Positions 29,854 through 41,474 are shown, counted from the stretch's first letter. The stretch: DNA of 64,000 nt from an uncultured Nitrososphaeraceae archaeon (GCA_963837175.1 CAWIMJ010000025.1:1-64000), one strand, 5' to 3'. Numbers and translations: made by a program. Notes: generated by a model not told the origin, from the letters alone.

Positions 29854-31128
29854 TTAAGTAGATGATGAGGATGATGATCTCAGTTTACTTCCAAATCTCA
29901 GGATATATGGCGTCATAAAAGTAGATGCAATAGCTATTACACCCACTATAGGAAATATCGAAGATGAGACAGCACCAATATCTTGACCGCCTTTAACAAC
30001 AACAAGTGATAGCTCACCCCTTGCGGATGACATTCCAAGACCTGTTCTTAATGCTGTAATATAATTATATTTTGCTTTGACGAGAATAATAGTTATTATC
30101 AAAAACTTTGAAGCAAATGAAGTCAAAAGGAGTATCATTGCGGGAGCTATGAATGATGGTATTAGCGATATGTTCATTAAAGCCCCGATTGAAACGAAGA
30201 ATATAGCAGCAAATACATCTCTTAATGGGATGGTAATGACTCTTGCTATGTTAGCACTTTTTGATTCAGCAACTAACACTCCTGCCAAAAAGGCCCCGGT
30301 AGCAACTGACAAGCCAAGTCCTTTGGATACAAATGCCATCCCAAAAGCCAATCCAAGAATAACAATTAGAAGCAATGCATAATCGTTATTTTTTCCAATT
30401 TTATCTATTATATTAGGTATAAATTTTGAGCCAAGAATCAGTATACTTCCAATGAATGCTCCTACTATACCTATTGAAATCATTATTTTTAAAATAGATA
30501 CTTCACCAGCAGGATTAACTGCTATTGATTGAAGAACTCCAAGAGCAGTAATAGCCACAATATCTTCAACAATACATATTCCAAGTATCAAAGTAGAAGA
30601 CTCATCTTTAATCATCCCAAGTTCTTCCAATACTCTAATAGTTACAACAGTGCTAGTAATAGACAATGCTAGACCAAGAAACATAGAATCAAAAAAACTA
30701 AATCCTATTGTCTGAGCAACAAACGATACTATTAGCAATGTGCCTATTGACTCAGGCAGCGCTAATATGATAGAGATCCTTCCAACAGATCTTAATTTGG
30801 CTATCGGAAACTCCGTACCAATTACAAATAATAGCATTATTATTCCTAACTCTGCAAATACGTTTACAGTTTCTATATTATGTATCAGACTAAATGGTGG
30901 AGTATAAGGTCCAATTACCATTCCTGCGACAATATAACCAATTACCATTGGTTGTTTTAACTTGTAAGTAATGAGCAGCATTACAGCCGCAACTATCATT
31001 ATTACCGCAAAGTCTTGAACTATGAAATCAGACGCTAATGAACCGGAGTTTGAGAAGAACCGAGGAAATAAAGAATCATTAGACTGTAAAAGAGAATTAG
31101 GATTCATATATATTGATAGATATAACAT
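29854..31128 (-). CDS. Cation:proton antiporter (CPA2 family)
   Basis: AELGIIMLLFVIG, LSITSTVV, IVEDI, GAFLAG, RGELSLV. Confidence 0.93.
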   Translation of the reverse strand: MLYLSIYMNPNSLLQSNDSLFPRFFSNSGSLASDFIVQDFAVIMIVAAVMLLITYKLKQPMVIGYIVAGMVIGPYTPPFSLIHNIETVNVFAELGIIMLLFVIGTEFPIAKLRSVGRISIILALPESIGTLLIVSFVAQTIGFSFFDSMFLGLALSITSTVVTIRVLEELGMIKDESSTLILGICIVEDIVAITALGVLQSIAVNPAGEVSILKIMISIGIVGAFIGSILILGSKFIPNIIDKIGKNNDYALLLIVILGLAFGMAFVSKGLGLSVATGAFLAGVLVAESKSANIARVITIPLRDVFAAIFFVSIGALMNISLIPSFIAPAMILLLTSFASKFLIITIILVKAKYNYITALRTGLGMSSARGELSLVVVKGGQDIGAVSSSIFPIVGVIAIASTFMTPYILRFGSKLRSSSSSST

Positions 31129-31644
31129 AGTACATAAAATAAATGATCAGATTCAATGTTTGAGAACAATAATATAATGATAAAAAATGTGGACTTCTAT
31201 TGAATGATGAATTGCTACAAAATAGAAAGAAGTATTTTTAATAAAGCAAACAATAGCTTCTCCTTGGATCCTTTCAATATAGAAATAATGAGTGCTAGCT
31301 ATTGGAGTAGTATCAATACGCCAAAGCATCTTACGCCTGATGTTATTTTGAATTAAATACACTATCAATATTCTTGATTGGAGGAAAAGAGAACATTTCT
31401 AAAAATCATGCCAACAATCAGATTCGGAAACAAACGCAATATAATTTACTCTATAGTCACTTGCTTATATATTCTCTATTTCTCTATTACATAACCATAA
31501 TATTGTGGTAGACCACTATTGCAGCTGATTACACGTAAAAATGAACCTAATTTAATTGTCATTATAAAGAATAGGCTAATGCCTCGTTATAGTGGAGAAG
31601 GAGAATATAAAGTAGCCATATAGAAATACCATATTACAACTTTC

Positions 31645-31980
31645 TCACGTTTTAATATTTACTAACATAAGACCTAATGTCAATGATATCAAAAGAATGC
31701 CAAAACCTGCTGCAAGCAATGTCTCCTGAGTTTTTGTAGTTGACACCTGTCCTGACCTGTAAAGTAGAAAAGCTCCAACCATTCCCATAAATAGAATTAT
31801 CGTTGTCACGATTGTTTCACCTAATGTTTGAACAGATCTCGAAGGTATGACGAATGATGCTCCTCTAGGAGTTCGCGGACCTTCTAGAATTGCATTAATT
31901 AAGCCAGACACCAGAGCGAAAAATATCACCAGATATATAACAGCGGCTATTAACACAATTCTAGAAGAGCTGAAACTCAT
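31645..31980 (-). CDS. Three-TM membrane protein resembling OST3/OST6/OSTC(DC2)
   Basis: GLINAILEGP...F...Q..GE...FMGMVG..LL.RS...GFGILLIS pattern parallels eukaryotic OSTC. Confidence 0.6.
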   Translation of the reverse strand: MSFSSSRIVLIAAVIYLVIFFALVSGLINAILEGPRTPRGASFVIPSRSVQTLGETIVTTIILFMGMVGAFLLYRSGQVSTTKTQETLLAAGFGILLISLTLGLMLVNIKT

Positions 31981-32462
31981 GATAGTAATATTAAAATCTT
32001 GTCTCTAAATAAATTTTACCTGACGAAGCATAACTACATAATATATATTATGAGCAGAAGAAATTGCATAATGTAAATATCTATAATAATATTTAGCAGT
32101 TAGAAAGAAGGGATTCTGAATAATGAATGTATGTATGTATGTATATTACAATAAGGGATCAAATCTTATTCTAGATCAACTCAACCATTTTAATACTCAC
32201 TTTCTTTGCAGCTAATTCTTGCACCGAGTAAAAGAAAAAGGCCATGATGAAAGAGTTATGAAAAAGTTAGAGACGTAATAATTAAGATTTATTATTGTAT
32301 CTTCATTCTGTTTTTCCATTGGTCATTATGTATTTCATAATGGGATTGCTAACATTTTTTGATTTTCTATAATAAAGACATTTTTCTATTATCCTCTCTC
32401 TTGCAAATACACAAAGTCTACAAGGATAATGATATTATATTTATTTAAAGACGTACATTGAC

Positions 32463-32684
32463 ATGACTAGGAAATGTTCTGCTTGTTCACGGAGAGTATC
32501 AATAGAAAAATATTGTATATATCATGGCCAAGCCTTTGAAAAGCTGAAAGAGCATTATGACATATGGGTAAAAGCATATGGAAGTATATCATTCTGTGAG
32601 TATCTGAATAAACTGGTCAAGATGAATGACACAGGCATTTGGGTAAAAGAAGTGATCATCGTTGAACTAAAAAATAATAAGTAA
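32463..32684 (+). CDS. Small Cys/His-containing conserved archaeal protein
   Basis: CSAC...YCIYH...YDIWVKAYG...TGIWVKEV. Confidence 0.7.
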   Translation: MTRKCSACSRRVSIEKYCIYHGQAFEKLKEHYDIWVKAYGSISFCEYLNKLVKMNDTGIWVKEVIIVELKNNK

Positions 32685-32697
32685 ACTATTATCTATA

Positions 32698-34368
32698 CTA
32701 CATATCTCCCATTCCACCCATTCCACCCGGCGGCATTCCACCACCACCAGGCGGGCCTCCTGCTGATTTACCTGAGGCAATTACGTCGTCTATTCTTAGA
32801 ATCATCGATGCAGCTTCTGTTGCAGATTTAATAACCTGCTCCTTGACCGAGAGTGGTTCTACAATATCTAATTTTGACATATCGATAATTCTAGCATTCC
32901 GTGCATCAATTCCAGAGGTTTTGGAACCTTTGGTCTGCTTTGAACGTAATTCTGTCATAGCGTCGATGGGATCCATACCTGCGTTTTCCGCCAAAGTAAG
33001 TGGAATTACTTCTAATGCTTCGGCAAATTTTTCTGCGGCTAATTGTTCTCTACCGGAAAGTGTATTTGTCCAATCTCTTAATTTTCCTGCAGTATAGGAT
33101 TCAGGAGAACCTCCGCCTGCAACAATTGCAGGCTTTTCAAGTACATCCTTTGTAACCATAATAGCGTCATGAATTGAACGTTCAGCCTCATCAACTACTC
33201 TTTGAGAACCACCCCTTATAAGTATCGTTACTGCTTTTGGATGTTTGCACCCTTCTATGAATACCCATTTGTCTGTCTCAATTTTGCGTTCTTCTACTAG
33301 ATCAGCAGAACCCACATCTTTAGCTGAAAGATCATCCAAGTTATTTACTACTCGTGCGCCAGTAGCCCTTGCTAGTTTGGTCATATCACTTTCCTTGACC
33401 CTCCGTATTGCCATATTGTTGGCCTTTGCTAAATAGTGCTGCGCAATGTCATCAATACCCTTCTGGCATACCACTACATTAGCACCACTTGCTATAATCT
33501 TGTCAACCATACCCTTCAGCATCCTATTCTCTTCATCTAAAAACATTTTCATCTGATCAGGTGAATTGATGTTTATTTTAGCATCGAACTCTGTCTTTTC
33601 AATTTCAAGAGCTGAAGTAATAAGAGCGATTTTTGCTTTTTCTACTCTTTTTGGCATTCCTCCATGAACAACTTCTTTATCAAGAACAATGCCCTTGATT
33701 AATTTAGTATCTCTTAATGACCCTCCTGCCTTTTTGTCTACTTTAACATCATCAATATCTACTTTATAGCCGGAATCAGTTTTTTCGCTTATTTGCATCA
33801 TAGCATTAACAACAATTTGTGCAAGCTCATCTGCTTCCTTTGATACTAGCTTCGTTTGCATAGAGGTCTTTGCAACTCTGATTAATTGTTGTTTATCACT
33901 TCCATCAATCTTCTGGGCAAGAGTGTTAAGGATTTCGATAGCCTTGACAGCGCTCTTCCTATAACCGTCGACAATAATTGTGGGATGAACGTCCTTTCCA
34001 ATTAATTCTTCTGCTCTTTCAATCAGTGCTCCTGCAAGTATCACTACAGAAGTGGTTCCATCACCTACTTCATTATCTGTTGCCTTGCTGATTTCAACCA
34101 TCATCTTTGCTGCGGGATGCTGGACATCAATTTCCTTCAAAATTGTCGCACCGTCATTTGTAATTGTAACGTCGCCAAGACTATCTACCAACATTTTGTC
34201 CATACCTCGAGGTCCAAGTGAGCTCTTTACTACTTCGGATATCAATTTTGCAGCGGTTATGTTATTTTTTTGGGCGTCTCGACCTTTTGTCTGAGTTGCT
34301 CCTTCTTTCAATATTAATACTGGCATTCCGCCAGCTGATCCTTGTTGAATTGACATTTTTTCATTCAC
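32698..34368 (-). CDS. Thermosome (group II chaperonin) subunit
   Basis: [27 protein letters not shown] tail. Confidence 0.98.
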   Translation of the reverse strand: MNEKMSIQQGSAGGMPVLILKEGATQTKGRDAQKNNITAAKLISEVVKSSLGPRGMDKMLVDSLGDVTITNDGATILKEIDVQHPAAKMMVEISKATDNEVGDGTTSVVILAGALIERAEELIGKDVHPTIIVDGYRKSAVKAIEILNTLAQKIDGSDKQQLIRVAKTSMQTKLVSKEADELAQIVVNAMMQISEKTDSGYKVDIDDVKVDKKAGGSLRDTKLIKGIVLDKEVVHGGMPKRVEKAKIALITSALEIEKTEFDAKININSPDQMKMFLDEENRMLKGMVDKIIASGANVVVCQKGIDDIAQHYLAKANNMAIRRVKESDMTKLARATGARVVNNLDDLSAKDVGSADLVEERKIETDKWVFIEGCKHPKAVTILIRGGSQRVVDEAERSIHDAIMVTKDVLEKPAIVAGGGSPESYTAGKLRDWTNTLSGREQLAAEKFAEALEVIPLTLAENAGMDPIDAMTELRSKQTKGSKTSGIDARNARIIDMSKLDIVEPLSVKEQVIKSATEAASMILRIDDVIASGKSAGGPPGGGGMPPGGMGGMGDM

Positions 34369-34553
34369 CTTAAAATTATGAGATAACTGACGTAATTTGG
34401 GATATTTTAAACTTACTGCTTGCTAACCTTATCAACTTTTATTAATGCTGCCGTTAAGCGCTTCTTGACACTAAAGTATATAATCATGTTTGATCTCTTT
34501 ACATTTTAGTACAAAGTTATTATGTTTTTCAACTAAAACAAATAAAAAAATGG

Positions 34554-35036
34554 TTATTTGAATAATTCGTCATACTTTCCTGCAGATATATCAGCGAAAA
34601 CTTCCTTTGCAGGCTTCTCTTCAACTTTTACTCCACTACTTACGCAAGAACCGATCACTTCCTTTACTGCATTCTTTAGATCCTTAGAATAGGAACTATC
34701 AGCTTTCATCTTAGCAATTTTAATAGCACTCGCCATAGTTATATTTCCAGCAAAGTTTGTGCCAGCAGTACCTGATCCTTTTGTGATACCAGCCTCTTTG
34801 GAAACCAGAGCAGTAGTAGGAGGAATTCCTACTTCCACTGTAAATTTCTTAGTTTGAGAATCAACTTCGACTTTTACAGGAACTTTCATCCCTGGAAAAT
34901 CCTTAGTTTTGTCGTTAATCATATTTACTACCTGGAGTACATTTACTCCTATTGGACCTAATGCTGGTCCAAGAGGTGGGCCCGCATTGGCCTCGCCACC
35001 ACTAACTAGAGCTGAAACCGACTTCTTATCACCCAT
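34554..35036 (-). CDS. rpl11: 50S ribosomal protein uL11
   Basis: GGEANAGPPLGPALGP...GMKVPVKV. Confidence 0.97.
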   Translation of the reverse strand: MGDKKSVSALVSGGEANAGPPLGPALGPIGVNVLQVVNMINDKTKDFPGMKVPVKVEVDSQTKKFTVEVGIPPTTALVSKEAGITKGSGTAGTNFAGNITMASAIKIAKMKADSSYSKDLKNAVKEVIGSCVSSGVKVEEKPAKEVFADISAGKYDELFK

Positions 35037-35376
35037 GTATAAGACTAGCCTTAAACCAGAATATAAACCCCGTCATTATATCTAAAATATACTTAAATTC
35101 TTATTTATTTGCTTCAAAAATCTAGAAAGACTATTTTATTATAATCCTAAAAAAATAGAGTATTGTTCAATATCTCCTCTTTCTTATAATGTGAAAGTTC
35201 AATTGCCATAATTTGTGCTTTGAGTTTGAGATTACAAATACTAATCACAGCATTGCACTAACAATTTCCAATTCCGTTCTGCTGACATGTATATTTCACT
35301 GTATATTTCAGTGATAACTCGTTCATCAAGAAATTAATTATTTTTAGGTTGTAAAATTATATACTAAATAAATTAA

Positions 35377-35547
35377 ATGAAAAAAATGGGATTTCTAAAA
35401 GAACTAAAAAGAGAAATAATCTTCTTTCTAACCTTGGATGAAAGGGTATTTTTATCGAAAAAGGAAGCAAAACGACCTAAACAGATACCTTTACGTGATT
35501 ATATTGCTGAGGTGAATAATATGTCCAAAAATACTATAAGGGGCTAA
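35377..35547 (+). CDS. Possible 56-aa small protein
   Basis: MKKMGFLKELKREIIFFLTLDERVFLSKKE...; TATA-like ttatata upstream; no recognised motif. Confidence 0.3.
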   Translation: MKKMGFLKELKREIIFFLTLDERVFLSKKEAKRPKQIPLRDYIAEVNNMSKNTIRG

Positions 35548-35569
35548 TAATGGCATAAATAATATTATG

Positions 35570-35995
35570 CGAAGGTTTACAACTGAAACAGGTATTGATA
35601 GTTCCAGATTCCACTCTATCTAACACTAATTTCAAAGCCTCTCTCGTACATAGAAATTACTTTTTATGATCATATCCATAACTTCATCCCATCATTAGAT
35701 GTCAATCCATTCATCTCTTTTGGTTCACCATCTAAGTCTACATTATTTTTAACACAATAATTCTTCATAACTTCATAATTTCGTCCTACATTATTGATAT
35801 ACGGAGGTGTTTTTGTGATATATCTCCTGCTCTAGGTAAAACTTTGTCTAAAACTGAATGTGAAACATCTTCAGCGTTGTAATTCTATCCAAATCATTTA
35901 GCAAATTCTGTTACAATCACCTTTTCAACACTCTTGCTTGAACCCTTCATCAGCACCGTTAGTTTTGGTTTTAGTTTGAACCATATTTTATCCAT
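35570..35995 (-). pseudogene. Degraded unidentified gene
   Basis: MDKIWFKLKPKLTVLMKGSSKSVEKVIVTEFAK*FG*NYNAEDVSHSVLDKVLPRAGDISQKHLRISIM* reads protein-like through stops. Confidence 0.4.
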
Positions 35996-36158
35996 CAAGA
36001 ATAGTGCATGCAAATATCTAGTTAATTGGAAGGAAGGAATATAATATGAATGGCCAAAAATACATCTACAATGTTATAGATATAGAGAAGCAAGTTTCAT
36101 TTATTGTAATATTCATCCTTAACAAATGCAACCGATAACATTCAGTTAACCTGTACTT

Positions 36159-36803
36159 TTATTGCATCAACTTTTTCAAATAATTTGCATCCACTGTTAC
36201 AGGTATTTGATATGGAGAATCAAGAAGTACTACCGTCGCTTCTTGCTTTTCATAATCAACTCTTGTGATTTTTGCTTTCATAGCCTTAAATGGACCAGCA
36301 ATAACTTCCACCGTATCATCTATATTGAGATCGGAAACAACCGGCTTTTTCACAAGATATCCTTCAATATCTTTGAACGGTAACTCTCCACGAATTTGAC
36401 CTCTGACGTGGCGAACCCCATGCAATGCTTCAAAGGCAACATTTGAATCTGGAGCCTCAACAATGATATAACCTTTGAAGTTGTCAAGCAAAAGAATTGA
36501 AAGAATTTTGATTTTTTTTGTGTTAATCTTATTTTGCAAAATATTTGCAACTACTTGTTCCTGGCCACCAGTTATTCTAATGGCATAGAATTTTGAATCT
36601 AAAGCAGGTTTTGATTCTTGTTGTTGTTGAATGATATTAGAGGGAATTTGAGAAGAGCTAACATTATGAAATTGGGAGTCAGGTTTGTCTTCCCCTACGG
36701 CATCATCAAATGTAACAGATTCTTCACTAAAGGAATCTTTATTATCAAAAATATCATTAACATCGGAAAGATTATCTTCATTTTCTTTGATACTGTTGGT
36801 CAT
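36159..36803 (-). CDS. spt5: Transcription elongation factor Spt5 (NusG family)
   Basis: NGN domain (FKGYIIVEA) plus KOW (VEVIAGPFKA); acidic N-terminal extension. Confidence 0.97.
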   Translation of the reverse strand: MTNSIKENEDNLSDVNDIFDNKDSFSEESVTFDDAVGEDKPDSQFHNVSSSQIPSNIIQQQQESKPALDSKFYAIRITGGQEQVVANILQNKINTKKIKILSILLLDNFKGYIIVEAPDSNVAFEALHGVRHVRGQIRGELPFKDIEGYLVKKPVVSDLNIDDTVEVIAGPFKAMKAKITRVDYEKQEATVVLLDSPYQIPVTVDANYLKKLMQ

Positions 36804-37246
36804 CTTTTAAATTCAATAAACGATAGTTTAATGCATTTTATAAATTTATTCAGATTAACAATCAACAAAACCGCCCGATAATATATGAACAGTAGTCCAG
36901 TGTAGCAATTGTGTAAAATCATCCAACTGTAACTTGTGGAGCGCTAAGCTATAATATTTCTGCTTCTAATGTAATCGCCTAACTCTTGTAATTTTATATT
37001 ACAGAAAAATATACAATTGAAACTATTTTTATTAATTTAAAAATTATGCATTTTTATTCATGTATATTTATATTTATAAATATGAATTAACAGATAAAAA
37101 TACTCGTTAAAATTAGCGTTGTCTATGAGCTAACGTGCTCTAGAGGTCATGGTATAAATTAGCCATGATTAGCTTAGGGAAGCACTTTGTAGAGATAGAC
37201 TATATTTTCTAAAATTATCAACTTATTTAATCCATAAAACAACTAT

Positions 37247-37828
37247 ATGATTATGACAGATGATGAGAATAATAAAGATGAAATAGGAAATGATACTTCC
37301 AATATTAGTGTACATCAAGAACAAGAACAGATGACTAAACTATTCGATAGTTGGTCTGAATTGATTAAGATGCCTACTATTGGTGCATTCCCTGCTTTTT
37401 CCCAAGAGTTTAGATCGTATTCTCAGGATCTCTTGAGAATGAGTCAAACTCTATACAATGCACAAACTAATCTTAGCGATTACTGGAAACAAATGAATAT
37501 GGCATATGTACTTGCAACCAAAGAAGTATCTGAGAGAGCACCCAAACAACTCAGGTCAAAAGAGGATTTTGATGAGTATAGAAAAATTATAATAAATGCA
37601 TTTGAAGATGCTTTTACGGGTTTATTTAATTCAAAAGAATTTTCAGTAACTTATGGAAAGGTATCAAGTGATCTGCTTGACCTCTTCAAACAGATGCAGA
37701 AGTTTGCAGAAAAGAATTTGAAGGTTTTAAATCTCCCCACAAGGGAAGAAATGGATGAAATATTAAAAGATATTCACGAAATGAAAAGAACAATCCATGA
37801 CATGAAAAGATCAGCCTATAAAGGATGA
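37247..37828 (+). CDS. phaE: Class III PHA synthase subunit PhaE
   Basis: IINAFEDAFTGLFNSKEF...LKVLNLPTREEMDEILKDIHEMKR. Confidence 0.85.
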   Translation: MIMTDDENNKDEIGNDTSNISVHQEQEQMTKLFDSWSELIKMPTIGAFPAFSQEFRSYSQDLLRMSQTLYNAQTNLSDYWKQMNMAYVLATKEVSERAPKQLRSKEDFDEYRKIIINAFEDAFTGLFNSKEFSVTYGKVSSDLLDLFKQMQKFAEKNLKVLNLPTREEMDEILKDIHEMKRTIHDMKRSAYKG

Positions 37829-38397
37829 TATTCTAAAGGTATTTACTTATTAATCAGTGATATGGTATCATAGGCAGTACTATCAATAAAAATTATATCA
37901 GTTATGATTAAATAGAAATTATAGTATAGTAGGAAAAGATCTTAACATAAGAGAATGACTCTAATTTAAATAATCAAAAACATATTGAAAATTTCTAAAT
38001 TTTCTTATTTCTCTCGCTTCACATAGAGAGTAATCCTCATTATCACATCATCAAAGCTTTAAGTAAAGTCCTTATATATTGTATATATATCCGTTCTTTT
38101 TCTTAACAGTGGCTCTATTCTTATAGGAAGAATAAAGTTGATCTGTTTATTGAGAAGATTCAGTCTAATACTGGCGATAAAAATCAAAGATACAAACAGG
38201 ACAAAAGTCTCCAAAAGGATAACAGAAAACTTCAGCGTATTCTGCATTTCTAATTATTGAAAGAATATCATTTCTAGGAGATATAAAAATGAACAATATA
38301 AATTAGTTATATGGGTCATTTAACTATTCTATTAATCAATCAGCATCTTCTGCAATAAGCGGATGCTATTCTAACACTAATTTTTACAACAACAAGA

Positions 38398-41300
38398 CTA
38401 CTCAATATATATTGCAGGTTTGAAAGGCCTAGAATATTTTGATTTTTCTTTAGGATCGTATTTTTGTGTATCATCTTCTGACTGGAGAATAATTTCTGCT
38501 CGTGGATTCCCACTTTCTATAGATAACAGCATTTTGGCATCTTTGAGGGGAAATATTTCATCAAAAACTGTCATATTTAATCGTCTATTCCTCACTTCGA
38601 GTGGGTCAGATAGGATGTCCCCTACTATATTTCGTATCAGCTTAGGATCGTTTTTGACCTTTGCTGTTTCTGGATCCTTTATTAGTTGTTTCATGATATC
38701 TCCAAAGTTAGTCTTGTTTTCTAACATTATAATGGAAAGAATTTTTTGATAAATTTTCTTTTTCCATTCAGCTGAAGTATAGATAGTAATTTTAGCTGGG
38801 GAGATCTTGGTTACTTTAAGAATATTCTGAAGATCAGATATAAGATTGATAATTAGTTGTTCCGATTCCTCTGCTACCAAGTCTCTTTTACCTTCGTCTA
38901 CCATAGGCCAGCCTGCAAAAATAATTGATTGAGACTTATCTCCTATTATCTGCCATACCTCTTCACTTATAAAAGGAGCAAATGGAGCAAGCATCCTGAT
39001 TCGACATTCAAGAAATATAGATAAAGTAACTGCAATGATTGAATCTTCTCGCTTTTTGGCAGTTATTCTTTTCTTGTACCATTGCAAATCTTGATCAAAC
39101 ATATAAAGTATATCATGCAACGCTCTTCGTACCCTTAATTTATCCATTGATTCTGTAATATCTTTGATATAAATCTGCAATCTGCTTACGAGCCATCGAT
39201 CTTCCATTTCCCTTTTTATTTCTGATATCTTTATTGAAGAAAAGAATGACGATCCAGATTTTGATTTAGCCTTTGAGTAGTTTATTGCCATGTTATAAAT
39301 ATCATCTAACTTTGACCGAATTCCTTTAATTGCATCAAATGAAAAATCTACATCTTGTAATAGTTCTGCTGAGCTCAACATTGCTAAACGAAGAGCATCG
39401 GCAGTATATTCTTTTATAGCAGCGCGCAGTGGGATAATGTTACCTAGAGATTTTGACATTTTCTTTCCTTCCATCAGGACAGAACCATTGACGACAATTT
39501 TTTTCGGCCAGTCATCTCTTTTAAAAATTGCCACGTGATTAAAAATAAAAAACGATAGATGATTTTGAACTAGATCTCTTCCTGAATGTCTTGCATCTAG
39601 AGGATAAAAATAGGAAAATTCATTCCGTATCTCCTCCAATAGCGATATAGAAATTTTGCACTCTGTAGCTACATGGGTAGCACTTTCATTTCCTAGGAAT
39701 ATATAATCAAAAAATGAATCATTTAGATTATCAACATCAATATCAGCAGTGGGATCTTTTATTAATTTACTATTTCTATCACCAATACAATTATTATTGG
39801 CATATTTTGCAAGTATATAGTAAGACATATAGATAACAGAATCGGAGAGACTTTCAATTATCCAATCCTGATCCATTGGTAATTTAGTACCCAGACCAGA
39901 TTTCCGTGCACATGCTCTTTCTCTTAGCCAGTCGATTACATAGTTAAATTCTTGTCTGATCTCTTCTGGAACGACATCCATTTTGTCAAGGCATTCATGT
40001 GCTAGGTTTTTCCATTTTTTATTACCATAATTTAAAAACCATTGATCATTCAATAAATAAACTACACATTCAGTACCGCATCTACATCTAACGGGCTTAT
40101 TTATTAGTTCAAACATTACATCAGCAGCGCCGCTTGAGATAATCTCATTTTTTATACTATTCTTTGCCACCGATACAGGCAGACCTACATACTTCTGAGT
40201 ATTCTCCAGCATTTTTCCTTTATAATATTCTTGTGAGTACAGCTCATTAGTAGCCTTTTCCAGTTCCGGATCATGTTGATCTTTAACTTTGTATTTCATC
40301 ATGATCCGCTCTGCTGGTGATATCAAACTGTTATTATTACTATCCTGTTGATAGTACTCCTCAGATCCGATTATCGTTATTGGTATTACCTCGACTTTTA
40401 AACCTACAAATTCTTTATGAAGTGCAACATTCTGTTTTAGATCTTCAATAGCTTGAAAATCATAGGGCGCATGTGCAGGAACAGACATTACAATTCCAGT
40501 ACCGTTATCAGGTTCAACAAATGATGCAGGATACAATGGGATTGAAACCTTTCTAATCGGATCCTCTACGCATTTGCCAACTATTTCTTTACCGTATATG
40601 GCTGACTCGGTTATAATTTTATGGTTCAAAAATTCCAGCTTTCGCGCAGCCTCCTTGCTAACTAGCCATCTCTCATTGTCAATATGTATCCTTACATATT
40701 CAACGTCTGGGTTAACCCATAAGTTAGTGACACCATAAATAGTTTCAGGTCGGAGGGTTGCAGTTGGAACTATATATCCATCATCTAGCCTAAATTTTAT
40801 TAGAGTATATTCAATAAAATCCGGTTCTACATCACCGATCGTATCGTGTTGGCTAACTGGATTTTGGTCTTTTGGACACCATCCGACTGGATGAGAACCT
40901 TGGACTATCAATCCTTTATTTCGCAGAGTATTAAATTGCCATGAAATGAACTTTGAATATAATTTATCTATTGTAGTAAATTCGCGTCTCCAATCTATTG
41001 AATAACCCATTTCTTTCATACCAAGTCTGATCTCATTATGGAAATAACTTGCGATTTTTACGGGTTCAATGAAGCTTTTTATTATGTCTTCTGCCACATG
41101 ATAAACGTTTTGAAATGTTTCAACCAGTTCTTTATCACCAGCTGCGATTCTTCGCGACATAGCTAGAATAGGTGTGCCGGTGTAATGAAAACCCATAGGA
41201 AATAATACATTGTATCCTTTCATCCTCTTATAACGAGCATGAGCATCCGCAAGTGTATATGTCCTTCCATGCCCTATATGTTGAGGGGAGTTTGGATAAG

Positions 41301-41466
41301 GATAGGCAACAGTTATGAAATATTTTTTCTTTGAAAAGTCACGATCAATATTAAAGATCTTTTGCTCATCCCATGTTCGACGCCACTTTTCTTCTATTAA
41401 ACTCCACTTTATCTTATTGTAATTGTGGTTGTTGTTGTTGCTGTAGATCTTATTGCTATAAATCAT
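38398..41466 (-). CDS. leuS: Leucyl-tRNA synthetase
   Basis: HIGH, ATLRPET, VPAHAPYD, KMSKS. Confidence 0.98.
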   Translation of the reverse strand: MIYSNKIYSNNNNHNYNKIKWSLIEEKWRRTWDEQKIFNIDRDFSKKKYFITVAYPYPNSPQHIGHGRTYTLADAHARYKRMKGYNVLFPMGFHYTGTPILAMSRRIAAGDKELVETFQNVYHVAEDIIKSFIEPVKIASYFHNEIRLGMKEMGYSIDWRREFTTIDKLYSKFISWQFNTLRNKGLIVQGSHPVGWCPKDQNPVSQHDTIGDVEPDFIEYTLIKFRLDDGYIVPTATLRPETIYGVTNLWVNPDVEYVRIHIDNERWLVSKEAARKLEFLNHKIITESAIYGKEIVGKCVEDPIRKVSIPLYPASFVEPDNGTGIVMSVPAHAPYDFQAIEDLKQNVALHKEFVGLKVEVIPITIIGSEEYYQQDSNNNSLISPAERIMMKYKVKDQHDPELEKATNELYSQEYYKGKMLENTQKYVGLPVSVAKNSIKNEIISSGAADVMFELINKPVRCRCGTECVVYLLNDQWFLNYGNKKWKNLAHECLDKMDVVPEEIRQEFNYVIDWLRERACARKSGLGTKLPMDQDWIIESLSDSVIYMSYYILAKYANNNCIGDRNSKLIKDPTADIDVDNLNDSFFDYIFLGNESATHVATECKISISLLEEIRNEFSYFYPLDARHSGRDLVQNHLSFFIFNHVAIFKRDDWPKKIVVNGSVLMEGKKMSKSLGNIIPLRAAIKEYTADALRLAMLSSAELLQDVDFSFDAIKGIRSKLDDIYNMAINYSKAKSKSGSSFFSSIKISEIKREMEDRWLVSRLQIYIKDITESMDKLRVRRALHDILYMFDQDLQWYKKRITAKKREDSIIAVTLSIFLECRIRMLAPFAPFISEEVWQIIGDKSQSIIFAGWPMVDEGKRDLVAEESEQLIINLISDLQNILKVTKISPAKITIYTSAEWKKKIYQKILSIIMLENKTNFGDIMKQLIKDPETAKVKNDPKLIRNIVGDILSDPLEVRNRRLNMTVFDEIFPLKDAKMLLSIESGNPRAEIILQSEDDTQKYDPKEKSKYSRPFKPAIYIE

Positions 41467-41474
41467 GTTTAGTA

